Positions 9,747-19,059 of a DNA stretch of 20,000 bases are shown one piece after another. Location of the stretch: the IMG/VR virus record IMGVR_UViG_3300021197_000193, positions 45,105 through 65,104 of that record. One strand, given 5' to 3'. Position 1 is the first letter of the stretch. Each line of letters opens with the position of its first letter. The stretch is from an uncultured virus (IMG/VR IMGVR_UViG_3300021197_000193). Taxonomy: Duplodnaviria; Heunggongvirae; Uroviricota; Caudoviricetes. Below the pieces are notes generated by a model. The model was not told the DNA's origin and did no database searches. It was given only the letters and a program-made list of their open reading frames with translations. The position numbers were made by a program, and so were the translations under genes.

Positions 9747-12519
9747 CGCTAAACCCCGTTAGTTTTACCGACAATGCCCATATAGCAGGTAAGTTAAAGT
9801 TCGTGCCCTTGCTTAACCGCATCTTAATACGTTTAGCCCCCATCTCTTTTTGCATACCTTCCACGGTGCTTGTGTAGTCTATTTTCTGTTCTCCAAGCCA
9901 CGTCTTAAATGTCTTTGGTACAATATAAAGCATGTTTGTATCTGTCTCGTATCGTGCAACAAACATACCTCGGGGGTTCTGCTCGGGTATGACCATGGGT
10001 GTAATACCTTCAGCGTTGGGCGCTTTCTCCGTGCTTTTAATTTTAAGTATGCTGCCCCAATGCTCGGTAGCAAATTCTGTGACTAATGTTTGTACCGACG
10101 CGGTGCTATCGTCTACGAACGCCTTGACCCTTATCAGTTGTCCTACCACCCACTTGAATAGCTTTTTCATGTCGTAATCTACTATGCCTGCACGTTTAGC
10201 GGCTAACGCTCCCACCAGTATGGCCGAACACCCACCAGACCAAAAACGGTTTTTCTGATCCAACCCTGCGGCCTTGTCTAACTCAGCTTTAATTTTTTCA
10301 TAGTCCGCGACTATGGCTGTTTTATTTTGGATAACATACCGCACAAAGTCTGGGCCATAATGCCCGTAGTTGTTTTGTATGTCCTTGAACAACCCTGCGG
10401 ATACAACGGGGTCTACTTTTACCATAGGTATTTCGTCCACCCGTAGCTCCAATAACCGCTGCATCTCCGCTTTAGTGTCGCCCTTCGCCATAGCCATCTG
10501 CGCGTACATACTAACATTACCTGACGATAACGCTATCAAATGCCACGGCCTACCCCTAACACGTTCGTAGTTGCCGCCACCTGCCATCCGGTTCTTCTGC
10601 GTACCTTCTGATAGTTGGTATGCGTAATCAGATGCTTGCTTGCCATGAATGTTTGTCATTTCGTCTGTGTTCAGACCAAGGTTGTGCATGACCTCGGCAA
10701 AATTCATACGAGAGTTTGGGGTATCCCCTTTGGTGCCCGTAAGCCCACGCGGTTCGCCCCATATAGCGGTGCCCGTATACATAGCAGTTGTTTTACCACC
10801 ACCCGTCTCACCGAACAGATGGATACCTAAACTATACAAACCTGTTAGGGGCATGAGTATAGTGCCAAACCCTGCGCACACCGTGAACTGCTGTAACTCC
10901 ATACCGTCTTGATTGTAGAAGTCTAATATCTCTTTGTGCCGTTCTCTGGTGCCTTTAGGTTTGAACTTAACTATGTGCCCTGCGGTCTTACTAGATGGTG
11001 GATTGTACTCCGCGCCATGTGCGGTAATAAGTTGGTCACCTAACACAAACTCATCCATAACTTCGTCGTCAACCCATCCAAATTGTTGGTGCGCCTCACT
11101 TGCTGTGGTGGTCTGCTGCAACTCTCGTATCCATGCCGCTGTGTATGCCATAAGTTTATCTACTTCCTTACCGTAAGTTACTATACCCTGCATGGACATG
11201 TGCTTACGAAACTCTTCTCTGGACGTAACCGCAGATAGCGGCACTACAAAGTCGCGCACCCCGTCTCTTGGCAAGTGTAGCGCAAAAGCTATAACTTCTC
11301 CAAGCTCCACATCATGCAGTCTGCGCGTAACGTAAAAGTCATGGTGGTATATGCAAATTTCTTCGGGATCACCGTTATCATTTTCCCCTCTCAGGTACAC
11401 ACCCCCATGCTGACCTCTAAAGTATGGACGTGGTAGCGCAGGTATAGCTACCTGTTTTTCGTCACCCCCAAACATATCTTCTGGTGCAGCCTCTTTAATT
11501 TCTTTTGTGAGTACCGCAGGTGTTGTTATCTTCCCCTTGTTAGGGCAACCTTCGCACCCTTCTGGGTTCAACCGCTCTATGGTGCTACAAAAATGCGGTC
11601 CCCCTGTGTCTTGCATTTTCTTCAAGGTGGCTTCCACGTTGTAGTCTGCATGACTAGCCGACATTATGTGCGCCGCTTCGTCCCCGTCCTCGCAGACGTT
11701 AGCTATAGACAACCCTGCGCGCCACAAGTCATGCGATATGCTGTCCTGATGCTTTATTATGTGCTTGATCTGATTGCAGCCCGTACCGTTTTTTGTGCGT
11801 GTTATAAGCCGCTTAAAACTACCTTTATAGTTTTGGTACATGGCTTCTTTAAATGCGCTAACCGCAGATGTCTCGCGTTTCTGGGGTACTGGTATCGGGT
11901 CATCGCCAAGCAACACCGCAAACTGGTCAAAGTCCACGGTGGAAAAATCTTCTATGCCATAAAAATCTACGGGTAGCGGTGTCTCGTATTTGTGGTTGTA
12001 GGTACTTGGCACACGTAAAACACTAGCAGCATCAGATGTACGTGATGGGTCTACAGGAAAACCTTGTTCTTCACATAACCTCTTTAGTCGTGTCGCTACA
12101 GGAAACCAATCTTCTCTACACACAGGCGCGGACAATATCCAATAGACATGTACGCCACGCCCTGAGTTCACGAGTGTAGGTGTAGGCAGGCTGTTATTTT
12201 CGCAGAAGGTGCGTAGTTCATCAATGGCGACTACCTGAGATGGAAATTCCTTATCGGGGCCGCAGTCTAAATCCAAGAAAAAAGACTTCATCCATTGCAT
12301 ATTTTTTGCGGTGCGCGAACTACTGTCAAAAAACGTACCCAAAGCAAAGAAAGCGTTCCACCCATTATCATTAAGGTTACGTGCTTCGTGCAGTAGGTCG
12401 TCTGTAGACAAGCAAAATGTTTGTTTAATCTGCTCGTTGGGTTTTACACCTTTGATGGCCCACACGCAATATTCGCCTTCGTGCGCTAGCACCAAGTCTA
12501 AAAAAGTTTTGGTTTTCAT
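9721..12519 (-). CDS. Primase-helicase fusion: AEP/RepB'-like primase, Cys-rich domain, DUF927, Cch-like AAA+ helicase (~932 aa)
   Basis: Primase motifs FFLDLDCG, VNSGRGVHVYW and VLRVPSTYNHK; DUF927-like QQFGWVD; Walker A GETGGGKTT; Walker B-like LNTDEMT; RLLE arginine-finger-like motif. Preferred start is ATG 12519, since the GTG at 12555 lies inside a hairpin. Confidence 0.85.
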   Translation of the reverse strand: MKTKTFLDLVLAHEGEYCVWAIKGVKPNEQIKQTFCLSTDDLLHEARNLNDNGWNAFFALGTFFDSSSRTAKNMQWMKSFFLDLDCGPDKEFPSQVVAIDELRTFCENNSLPTPTLVNSGRGVHVYWILSAPVCREDWFPVATRLKRLCEEQGFPVDPSRTSDAASVLRVPSTYNHKYETPLPVDFYGIEDFSTVDFDQFAVLLGDDPIPVPQKRETSAVSAFKEAMYQNYKGSFKRLITRTKNGTGCNQIKHIIKHQDSISHDLWRAGLSIANVCEDGDEAAHIMSASHADYNVEATLKKMQDTGGPHFCSTIERLNPEGCEGCPNKGKITTPAVLTKEIKEAAPEDMFGGDEKQVAIPALPRPYFRGQHGGVYLRGENDNGDPEEICIYHHDFYVTRRLHDVELGEVIAFALHLPRDGVRDFVVPLSAVTSREEFRKHMSMQGIVTYGKEVDKLMAYTAAWIRELQQTTTASEAHQQFGWVDDEVMDEFVLGDQLITAHGAEYNPPSSKTAGHIVKFKPKGTRERHKEILDFYNQDGMELQQFTVCAGFGTILMPLTGLYSLGIHLFGETGGGKTTAMYTGTAIWGEPRGLTGTKGDTPNSRMNFAEVMHNLGLNTDEMTNIHGKQASDYAYQLSEGTQKNRMAGGGNYERVRGRPWHLIALSSGNVSMYAQMAMAKGDTKAEMQRLLELRVDEIPMVKVDPVVSAGLFKDIQNNYGHYGPDFVRYVIQNKTAIVADYEKIKAELDKAAGLDQKNRFWSGGCSAILVGALAAKRAGIVDYDMKKLFKWVVGQLIRVKAFVDDSTASVQTLVTEFATEHWGSILKIKSTEKAPNAEGITPMVIPEQNPRGMFVARYETDTNMLYIVPKTFKTWLGEQKIDYTSTVEGMQKEMGAKRIKMRLSKGTNFNLPAIWALSVKLTGFSGVSETTED

Positions 12520-12544
12520 TGTATCCGCCCATACCGTAAGAGTA

Positions 12545-12570
12545 ACTACGGCCACCGTAGCAGCCGTAGT
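12545..12570 (-). promoter_or_regulatory. Intergenic C(UACG)G tetraloop hairpin between SSB and primase genes
   Basis: The - strand reads ACUACGGCUGC-UACG-GUGGCCGUAGU: 11 bp including 2 G-U pairs, with only a weak U-rich tail (UACUCUUA). Confidence 0.65.
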
Positions 12571-12581
12571 GTTTTGAGTTA

Positions 12582-13268
12582 TTATTCGTCGTCAAACAAA
12601 CTGTTCACAACGCTACTCAAATTCTCTTCGGAAGGCTTTGCCGCAGGTTTCTTCGCAGCCTTTTTAATCGGTTCAACGTTGTCGGCCTCTGCGAGTACGT
12701 TGTTAGACTGAGATTTAGTCTTGGTGAACGGGTTGGGGTCTTCCATTACAAACCCTCCGTCCACTTTCTTAAACGGATTTGCCTTCTCTCTTGGAACAAA
12801 CTTTATAACCTGTACGGCATTTATACGCAAGGACACACTTTGATTACCACCAAAATCATACGGCACCATTTTAACCGCTATATTGACAGTGCTACCAGTG
12901 GTTAACTGAAAGTCTTCGGGTAGCGCGTTCCCTTGAGAATCATACTGCGCAGGGTTGTTAGTCACCTGCCCGTTGTATGAACCCTTCAAGACAGCCTTGT
13001 GCGTAAACGTACCATCGTCGTCTTTGACAAAAGGATTGTCTAACATCTCAGCCCACTTGGGTTCGCGGTTGGCTACGTAAACTTCAGCCATAGCAGTGAA
13101 CAAAGCCTTGGCTGTTTTGTTATCCATACGGAACTGTATAGAAAATTCCGCGTTAGTGTCGCGTGGACCACATGGCATACTGCGATTGACTTTCTTGTCA
13201 AAAGCATAGGTCTGGTCCAAACGTGGCCACAGAGCCTCGACTTCTTCAATTATATAGTTTTCAGACAC
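12582..13268 (-). CDS. ssb: Single-stranded DNA-binding protein, T7 gp2.5/DUF2815-like
   Basis: GSTVNIAVKMVPY...VSLRINAVQVIK OB-fold signature and acidic/aromatic tail LFDDE. GTG start with AAGGAG 6 nt upstream. Confidence 0.75.
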   Translation of the reverse strand: MSENYIIEEVEALWPRLDQTYAFDKKVNRSMPCGPRDTNAEFSIQFRMDNKTAKALFTAMAEVYVANREPKWAEMLDNPFVKDDDGTFTHKAVLKGSYNGQVTNNPAQYDSQGNALPEDFQLTTGSTVNIAVKMVPYDFGGNQSVSLRINAVQVIKFVPREKANPFKKVDGGFVMEDPNPFTKTKSQSNNVLAEADNVEPIKKAAKKPAAKPSEENLSSVVNSLFDDE

Positions 13269-13284
13269 ATCATTCTCCTTTTAT

Positions 13285-13515
13285 TTATTGGTCTTCGTCG
13301 GGATTAAAATCAAACTCTAACTGTGCATCGTCTGTAGGTTGCGGTGTTTTAGTTAGAGCGTCAGTCACATTGGTTTTGTTAAACCTGTATGTGTTACCTA
13401 CCTTTATATAAGTAGACTTGGGGATATGACCCTGCCGCACCCAAGCGCGGACAGTAGACACTGACACTGCGAAATGCTTTGCCAAGTCTTCTATTGGTAC
13501 ATATGGTTCTGCCAT
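13285..13515 (-). CDS. Excisionase/AlpA-like HTH DNA-binding protein
   Basis: IEDLAKHFAVSVSTVRAWVRQGHIP...KVGNTYRF is an HTH_17/MerR-like winged HTH. TAATG coupling to the upstream gene. Confidence 0.85.
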   Translation of the reverse strand: MAEPYVPIEDLAKHFAVSVSTVRAWVRQGHIPKSTYIKVGNTYRFNKTNVTDALTKTPQPTDDAQLEFDFNPDEDQ

Positions 13516-13916
13516 TATTTTTTCCTCACTGAAATGACGTACTCGGTGTCGATGTTCATACCCTTGGGCATTACATCAGGGTTCTCCTCTATAAATTGTT
13601 TTACATTGGTCTGGTTCAACCGCCTGTCTAGAAACTCGGGCACATCATGTTCTTTAATAAAGTTGTACATCTGCTCCCAATCACTGGTCCAGTATTTGGT
13701 TTTAGTAGACCGAAAAAACAAACCTTCAGAGGTTCTAACGCTTTCGACATTGTGGCTATCACAGTAGTCTAGCAGCGCGTTCTTTAAGATTTCCTGTTGG
13801 CGTACCAACGCTCCATCTTCTTCCTTGTACCGTGCGGATAATTCTGCTCGTTTTGCCCTTAATTTTATGTAGGCTTTAGTCAGTTTATCTGCAGGTATAT
13901 CGGACGTATCGTCCAT
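13515..13916 (-). CDS. Conserved phage replication-module protein (133 aa), coiled-coil N-terminus, possibly Gam-like
   Basis: Strong RBS AGGAG; coiled coil followed by VESVRTSEG...DWEQMYNFIKEH. Function is inference only. Confidence 0.7.
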   Translation of the reverse strand: MDDTSDIPADKLTKAYIKLRAKRAELSARYKEEDGALVRQQEILKNALLDYCDSHNVESVRTSEGLFFRSTKTKYWTSDWEQMYNFIKEHDVPEFLDRRLNQTNVKQFIEENPDVMPKGMNIDTEYVISVRKK

Positions 13917-13946
13917 TAGTCATTCTCCTACTGTAACGAGAATTAC

Positions 13947-13975
13947 AATCTAGTAGCTTATAATGCCCTAGTCAA
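13947..13975 (-). promoter_or_regulatory. Sigma70-type promoter driving the 133-aa/HTH/SSB/primase genes
   Basis: -35 TTGACT (13975-13970), 17-nt spacer, -10 TAGATT (13952-13947), upstream of RBS AGGAG (13929-13925). Confidence 0.65.
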
Positions 13976-15503
13976 GCAATTCTTTGTATAAGTCGATCAT
14001 TTTTGTGTGAACGTCTATTCTGTTGTTTAATAATGAATAAATACGCTTTTCCACAGCAGAACCTTGTAGCTGAACAACAGTACATCGGTGTTTCTGCCCC
14101 GACCTATGCACCCTAGCGTTTGCCTGTGCGTATGTTTCCAATGAAGATGTTGGCCCCCACCAGACTACAGTGTTAGCTGCTGTTAACGTAACACCGTGTG
14201 CCGCGGACTGCGGCTGGATGACAAGCACCTTTGGGTTGTCTGTGTTTTGGAACCGTTTAAAGATATCGGTGCGCCGTGCTACGGGAACATCCCCACGGAT
14301 CACCTCGGTTGTAATACCATCGTCTCGTAGTTTATCTGTCAGTATATCAATGGTGTGTTTGAATGGTACGAACACAAGAACCTTTTGACTGCTCTCGTCG
14401 ATAACTTCTTTCAACACTTTGTATCTGTGCTTGATGTCAAACTCTAGCGTGTCGCCTTCGTCGGTGTAGACTGCCCCTGCCGATATTTGCAGTAGTTTGT
14501 TCATAATTATCGCTGCGTTCACAGCGGTGACTTCATCGTCACCCACTGTCATAGTCATACGCTTACGCAGCATCTCATAATATTTTTTCTGTTGCCGTGT
14601 TAGCTCCACATGTCGGTTGGTGTATGTCATCTCAGGTAGGTCAAGACATTCTTCCTTGGTAAACCGTATGGCAGGTTGCAGAATGTTAAACACTGTATCT
14701 GACGCATGGGGTTTTATTACCCACCTAAATTGTGACACCTTGCTCATAACCATATCACGGAACGAACCAAAGAACCGTGGTACAGCGTTGGGGTTTATCA
14801 TTTTAGCAAGGCCGTATGCATCCAATGGAGATTGCGCCGCGGGTGTACCTGTCATCATCCAGAGCCAAGTATCTTCCCCGATTATGCGCCGTAGCACCTT
14901 CCATCGTTTTGATTGTGCGTTCTTGTAATGCGTAGCTTCATCTACAACAACCAAATCAAACCCACCGTTCAAGATGTCTTCCGCTACTATTTCCACACCG
15001 TCATAATTTATTATGACAAACTCTGAACCTTGCTGGATGATCTCACGGCGTTTCTTTGACGCGCCATAAGCTATCGACACGCTACGATGCGGCGCAAACG
15101 TAAACAAATCCTCACGCCACGCGCTATCCATAATTGACAAAGGGCATATAACTAACACTCGTTTAATCTTGCCTTGCTTCATCAGATAATCCGCGGCCCA
15201 GATAGCGGACGCTGTTTTGCCTGTGCCTTGTTCGTTGAAACAAAAAGCCTTTGTGTTCATGGTTAGAAACGCGGCGGTCTTCTTTTGGTGGTCAAACGGC
15301 GTATGTTTGCCTGTCCATGTATACCTACCATTGATCGGAGAAGGGACGTTTATGTTTAACTTTCTCAGGCTGTGCGCTTCGTCTATCCCCCACTTCACTA
15401 CGACTTCGTTATCCTCTATGGCACGACTTGCAGGGATTGTTTCAGTGACACGTTTAGGGTTGCGTAGCTTTAACAGCAACGCCTTGCCATCGACTATTTG
15501 CAT
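13968..15503 (-). CDS. SNF2-family (SF2) helicase
   Basis: Motif I EQGTGKT, Ia VICPLS, II VVVDEATH, III MTGTP, VI QANARVHRSGQ; RBS AGGAG. Confidence 0.92.
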   Translation of the reverse strand: MQIVDGKALLLKLRNPKRVTETIPASRAIEDNEVVVKWGIDEAHSLRKLNINVPSPINGRYTWTGKHTPFDHQKKTAAFLTMNTKAFCFNEQGTGKTASAIWAADYLMKQGKIKRVLVICPLSIMDSAWREDLFTFAPHRSVSIAYGASKKRREIIQQGSEFVIINYDGVEIVAEDILNGGFDLVVVDEATHYKNAQSKRWKVLRRIIGEDTWLWMMTGTPAAQSPLDAYGLAKMINPNAVPRFFGSFRDMVMSKVSQFRWVIKPHASDTVFNILQPAIRFTKEECLDLPEMTYTNRHVELTRQQKKYYEMLRKRMTMTVGDDEVTAVNAAIIMNKLLQISAGAVYTDEGDTLEFDIKHRYKVLKEVIDESSQKVLVFVPFKHTIDILTDKLRDDGITTEVIRGDVPVARRTDIFKRFQNTDNPKVLVIQPQSAAHGVTLTAANTVVWWGPTSSLETYAQANARVHRSGQKHRCTVVQLQGSAVEKRIYSLLNNRIDVHTKMIDLYKELLD

Positions 15504-15514
15504 TTGCTTCTCCT

Positions 15515-15534
15515 ATTTAGGGAACTCCCTAAAT
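15515..15534. promoter_or_regulatory. Palindromic operator-like site, copy 1
   Basis: ATTTAGGGA-AC-TCCCTAAAT with perfect 9-bp arms, between the HNH stop codon and the helicase RBS; second copy at 19605-19624. Confidence 0.6.
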
Positions 15535-15803
15535 CATTTTTTCTTTTTGTAGTTCCGTGCGCGGTTCTTGCTGCGGCTTTCAATTCTTACACCGTCTTTA
15601 TTTGAACCGCCTTTCGACAAGGCTTTCTTGTGACTGATGTCTTTGCCTTCGCGTTTATCAGCTTTACCGTTCCTGTTAGCATCTTTACTGGTGCGATCCA
15701 TCTTACGGCGGGCACGCTGACGTTCCATCCTAGCCTCAAACGGCTTACTACCGACAGGTTTGTTCTTCTGTTTGGGGCGATCTTTGGGGTTCTTGTATGG
15801 CAT
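15534..15803 (-). CDS. Small basic HNH-like protein (89 aa)
   Basis: GKDISHKKALSKGGSN...VRIESRSKNRARN is an H-N-N type beta-beta-alpha-Me motif without Zn-binding Cys. TGATG coupling to the upstream gene. Confidence 0.7.
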   Translation of the reverse strand: MPYKNPKDRPKQKNKPVGSKPFEARMERQRARRKMDRTSKDANRNGKADKREGKDISHKKALSKGGSNKDGVRIESRSKNRARNYKKKK

Positions 15804-16471
15804 CAGTTGGCTCCGTTATGGACACATTCAATGATAGGGCAGTGGCGTCTGCATAACCCATTAGGGCGAGCGTTCCACATATCTTCTTTTGCCGCGGTTT
15901 CCATCTGCCCATACTTGCCGAGCCATTTCTCCCACAGCTTAGATTTATCATACTCCATGTAAGTATCTTTTACCAAGTCATTACATACCACAAAAAGTAA
16001 TGCGGCGCGTACTTTCTTTATCTGCGGATACAACGCCATCAACGCTAGGGCCATCAACTCTAGCTGCCCTTTGTCCGCGTACTTGGAAGACTTGCCTGTT
16101 TTGTAATCCACAACAGTAGCTGTTTCGTCGTCTAATATAACTAAATCAGCTATACCGCGAAACCAAACATCATCCGCATAAAAATTACATGCGTCCAAGT
16201 TTGCTGTTAATCCTAATTTTATTTCACATAGTTTTTGCCCCTGCCTATCCTTTAAAGATGTTAAGGCTTGAGCTGCGTAGCTGAACTTAGCGGGCACAGG
16301 TGTGCCTTTACCAATAAAATCCTCGGCCATTTTATGGAACTCGTTGCCATATATTATAGCTTCGGTCTTTACAAACGGCACCTCTTTCAAGATGTGTTTA
16401 TGGTAATACTGTTTTGGACACTGCTCAAAGTCTTTGATCTTGCTAAACGACCACGGCCATACTTTTGTCAC
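15803..16471 (-). CDS. PD-(D/E)XK RecB/Cas4-like exonuclease
   Basis: WSFSKIKDFEQCP, RGIADLVI, VVDYKTGK, QLELMA and C-terminal CRRHCPIIEC (1+3 Cys, Fe-S-like). GTGA overlap with the polymerase stop. Confidence 0.85.
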   Translation of the reverse strand: MTKVWPWSFSKIKDFEQCPKQYYHKHILKEVPFVKTEAIIYGNEFHKMAEDFIGKGTPVPAKFSYAAQALTSLKDRQGQKLCEIKLGLTANLDACNFYADDVWFRGIADLVILDDETATVVDYKTGKSSKYADKGQLELMALALMALYPQIKKVRAALLFVVCNDLVKDTYMEYDKSKLWEKWLGKYGQMETAAKEDMWNARPNGLCRRHCPIIECVHNGAN

Positions 16472-18297
16472 TCACACTCTCCATATGATTTGCCTGTGCC
16501 GCTTTCACATGTGATCGGTAATCCATCAGCCCAGTCGGGCGTCTGGCGCATACATTCTTCTATGTACGCTTGTGCTTCGTCTAATTCTTCGTCGGCTACA
16601 CAGGCTACAATACTATCATGTACAGTTAGCACAACATTGTATCTCTTGGCAATAAGTAACATCTGATGCCCAATGATACAACGTGCAATGGCTTGGCATA
16701 CATTCTCCACGACCTTACCACCGTATATACGTTTCGGTCCACGCCTAGTCTTGTAAGTGTATTCAAACCCACGTTCACCCTGTTCCGCGTCTAAGCCATG
16801 ATAGAACATGGGTAGGCCCGAAGGTAACACAATGGCGCTATGCTTTGCGACTACATGTAGGACGCCTTCACGCCCAAACGGTAGATCATCTCCGCGTTGC
16901 ATGTGCTGCACCATGTTGTTGGCATCGCGCCATAACTCACTAATCGCATCGTTAGCGTCACGGTATACTTGTATGATGCGCCGTGCTTCTTCCAAGTCTA
17001 TATACACGCCCATACCTTGTAACTGTGCTTGGAACTTAACTGCCCCCATACCGTACCCTGCACCAAGGATAGTGGTTTTACCCACAAATCTTTGGTCTTT
17101 GCTTACCCCATCTACTGGCACGTTATATATGCTAGACGCCATGTACTTATATACGTCTTCACCCGCTGCGAACTGTGATACCAGATCATGCTGCCCTGCA
17201 AGCCACGCCAACACACGCGCTTCAATTTGGGAACTGTCACAATCAACAAGAGAATGTCCTGTTGGTGCGACTATGCTTCCCTTTAACTTCTTACCGTTTG
17301 GTCCACGGCTAGGTAGGTTCTGTAGGTTGATTTTATCATCTCCGCCCCAACGTCCAGTGTGCGCAGCATAATATCTTACAGGCACAGGCAGAAGTCCGCG
17401 CGCTGCTATATCTATAAACCTCTGCGTACGCGTTTCTTCTAGCGTGGATTTACTGCCTAACCTTGCGGCCACCAGTGCTTGCACCCGATCATCTTCGTGG
17501 TCAGTCAGTGCTTTAAAGTCTTCGTCGTTCTTAGCGAACGCAAATGTTTCTTTGCCTGTTGTCAGACTTATCTTCATGGGCGGTTTAACCCCGAACCCTT
17601 TTAGTAACTCCGCGAACTTAGGGTTGGACATAAGGTCTTTTTTGTCTTCAACACCTGCATCAGATAGCAGCCTTTCTTTTCGCTGCTTAACATCCTGCAA
17701 GTGCGACTGTAGCAATCCGCTGTCCAACTCTAGTGTAGGCTCAGTAAACATCCGCAGGGTGGCGTCTATCAAACGTAGCTCCGGCTTAGGGAACCGTTTG
17801 AGCATCCTGTTAAAAAGTTTGTAGGTTAGTTCCACATCATTTATGCAGTAGTCTCCGTACTGCTCTAATTCTTCGGTGGCAAAATCTCCACGTTGCTTGC
17901 CGATTGCGCGTACGACCTCTGTGCCTTTAACGCCGAGATTGTACCTCTCAGATAACGCAGCGAGACTTGCGCGAGCTTCAGTCCCATGTAGGGCACGGGC
18001 AATACACAAAGTATCGGTATACATCCGAGGACGAATACCAAAACGCCAACTAAGAATGGCACCATCAAACATAGTGTTATGACAAAGTACCATAGCATCT
18101 TCCCAAGGGAACGATGTGAGGTATCGGTTAAGCTGTTCGTACGTACCACTGGCCCACTCCGTCTCCCCATTATTTACTTTAACAGCCACGCCGATCACCT
18201 CAAAACGAGGATCACGGACGTAGGCTTCTGTTGTTAACTTAGACAAAGAATAATCTCTGTCATAGTAGGTTTCAAAATCTAGCGTGATTAAGTCCAT
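16468..18297 (-). CDS. polA: Family A DNA polymerase with 3'-5' exonuclease domain
   Basis: Exo I TLDFETY, Exo II HNTMFD, Exo III YCINDV; motif A DSSQIEARVLAWL, motif B RFVGKTTILGAGYG, motif C LTVHDSIV. Confidence 0.95.
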   Translation of the reverse strand: MDLITLDFETYYDRDYSLSKLTTEAYVRDPRFEVIGVAVKVNNGETEWASGTYEQLNRYLTSFPWEDAMVLCHNTMFDGAILSWRFGIRPRMYTDTLCIARALHGTEARASLAALSERYNLGVKGTEVVRAIGKQRGDFATEELEQYGDYCINDVELTYKLFNRMLKRFPKPELRLIDATLRMFTEPTLELDSGLLQSHLQDVKQRKERLLSDAGVEDKKDLMSNPKFAELLKGFGVKPPMKISLTTGKETFAFAKNDEDFKALTDHEDDRVQALVAARLGSKSTLEETRTQRFIDIAARGLLPVPVRYYAAHTGRWGGDDKINLQNLPSRGPNGKKLKGSIVAPTGHSLVDCDSSQIEARVLAWLAGQHDLVSQFAAGEDVYKYMASSIYNVPVDGVSKDQRFVGKTTILGAGYGMGAVKFQAQLQGMGVYIDLEEARRIIQVYRDANDAISELWRDANNMVQHMQRGDDLPFGREGVLHVVAKHSAIVLPSGLPMFYHGLDAEQGERGFEYTYKTRRGPKRIYGGKVVENVCQAIARCIIGHQMLLIAKRYNVVLTVHDSIVACVADEELDEAQAYIEECMRQTPDWADGLPITCESGTGKSYGECE

Positions 18298-18731
18298 TAC
18301 TTACTCGCTATCTCGCCACCACATGCCATGTAACCACATGCGTCTATCCAGTTGTCTGGATGTGATGGGTTCGACTTGATACGCGCGACTTTTAACAAGT
18401 TCATCATCACAGCTACATCTGTGGCGCTTACTTCCACACCTAGATGCACGGACCAATACTTACCTATCGTGGTGAAATTATCTTCCATGTTACCATGGTC
18501 AGCCGCGCGATCCTTGGTCACGTATTCTTTGGCGGTGTCTAGCACCTTCCCACGCGTAACCCTACGCGCTTCTTTTTCAAAAACTTCTTTGGGCGTACCA
18601 ATCTTCTTCATCAGATTGCTTACATAGCTTGGGGATGTTTTAGTCGCCATGGCAATTTCTCTGCCTGTAGCGTCAGGGTTTTTTATTTTATACTTCCAGA
18701 CTTTTTCCGCTTTGTTTGGATTCTTCGCCAT
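18297..18731 (-). CDS. HTH + DUF6378-like protein (~144 aa)
   Basis: Preferred start is ATG 18731 (GAGGAG 6 nt upstream). N-terminal ATGREIAMATKTSPSYVSNL is HTH-like; C-terminal DRAADHG..EDNF..I..YWS...DVAVMM.LLKVAR...DNWIDACGY matches DUF6378. Confidence 0.75.
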   Translation of the reverse strand: MAKNPNKAEKVWKYKIKNPDATGREIAMATKTSPSYVSNLMKKIGTPKEVFEKEARRVTRGKVLDTAKEYVTKDRAADHGNMEDNFTTIGKYWSVHLGVEVSATDVAVMMNLLKVARIKSNPSHPDNWIDACGYMACGGEIASK

Positions 18732-19050
18732 TGTTTTCTCCTCTTGGCAAGTCATATTTTCTTTTTATGTTAGACGCTGTTTTTGGGCTTATACCCATTA
18801 TTTCCGCGATAGATTTCAACGTCATGCTACGTTTCAACATGCGGTCAACCATCTCAGCGTCTTTGGTCAACACCAACTTATTGGCTTCTTTCTTGGGTCT
18901 ACCCCCCATCTGTCCGTTAAGTTTGTTGGTGCAGTTTTTGTGGGTGACACGAGAAAGTACCCGTGGGTTATCTTCTTTATCTTTTTTGGTTTGTTTCTCC
19001 CACACTTCCCGATAAAGTTCTTCATATTTTATTCGCTCTTGCTCATTCAT
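18688..19050 (-). CDS. HTH DNA-binding protein (120 aa)
   Basis: RBS AGAGG; NGQMGGRPKK motif followed by HTH MTLKSIAEIMGISPKTASNIKRKY; 44-nt overlap with the next gene. Confidence 0.7.
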   Translation of the reverse strand: MNEQERIKYEELYREVWEKQTKKDKEDNPRVLSRVTHKNCTNKLNGQMGGRPKKEANKLVLTKDAEMVDRMLKRSMTLKSIAEIMGISPKTASNIKRKYDLPRGENNGEESKQSGKSLEV

Positions 19051-19059
19051 GTGTATGCC

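Noticed and set aside
12520..12555. ORF-track start of the primase at 12555
   Set aside because: This GTG lies inside the UACG hairpin with no SD; ATG 12519 is more plausible.
15534..15803. HNH gene as a mobile intron or homing element
   Set aside because: It is free-standing and translationally coupled, the flanking genes are intact, and no intron structure is evident.
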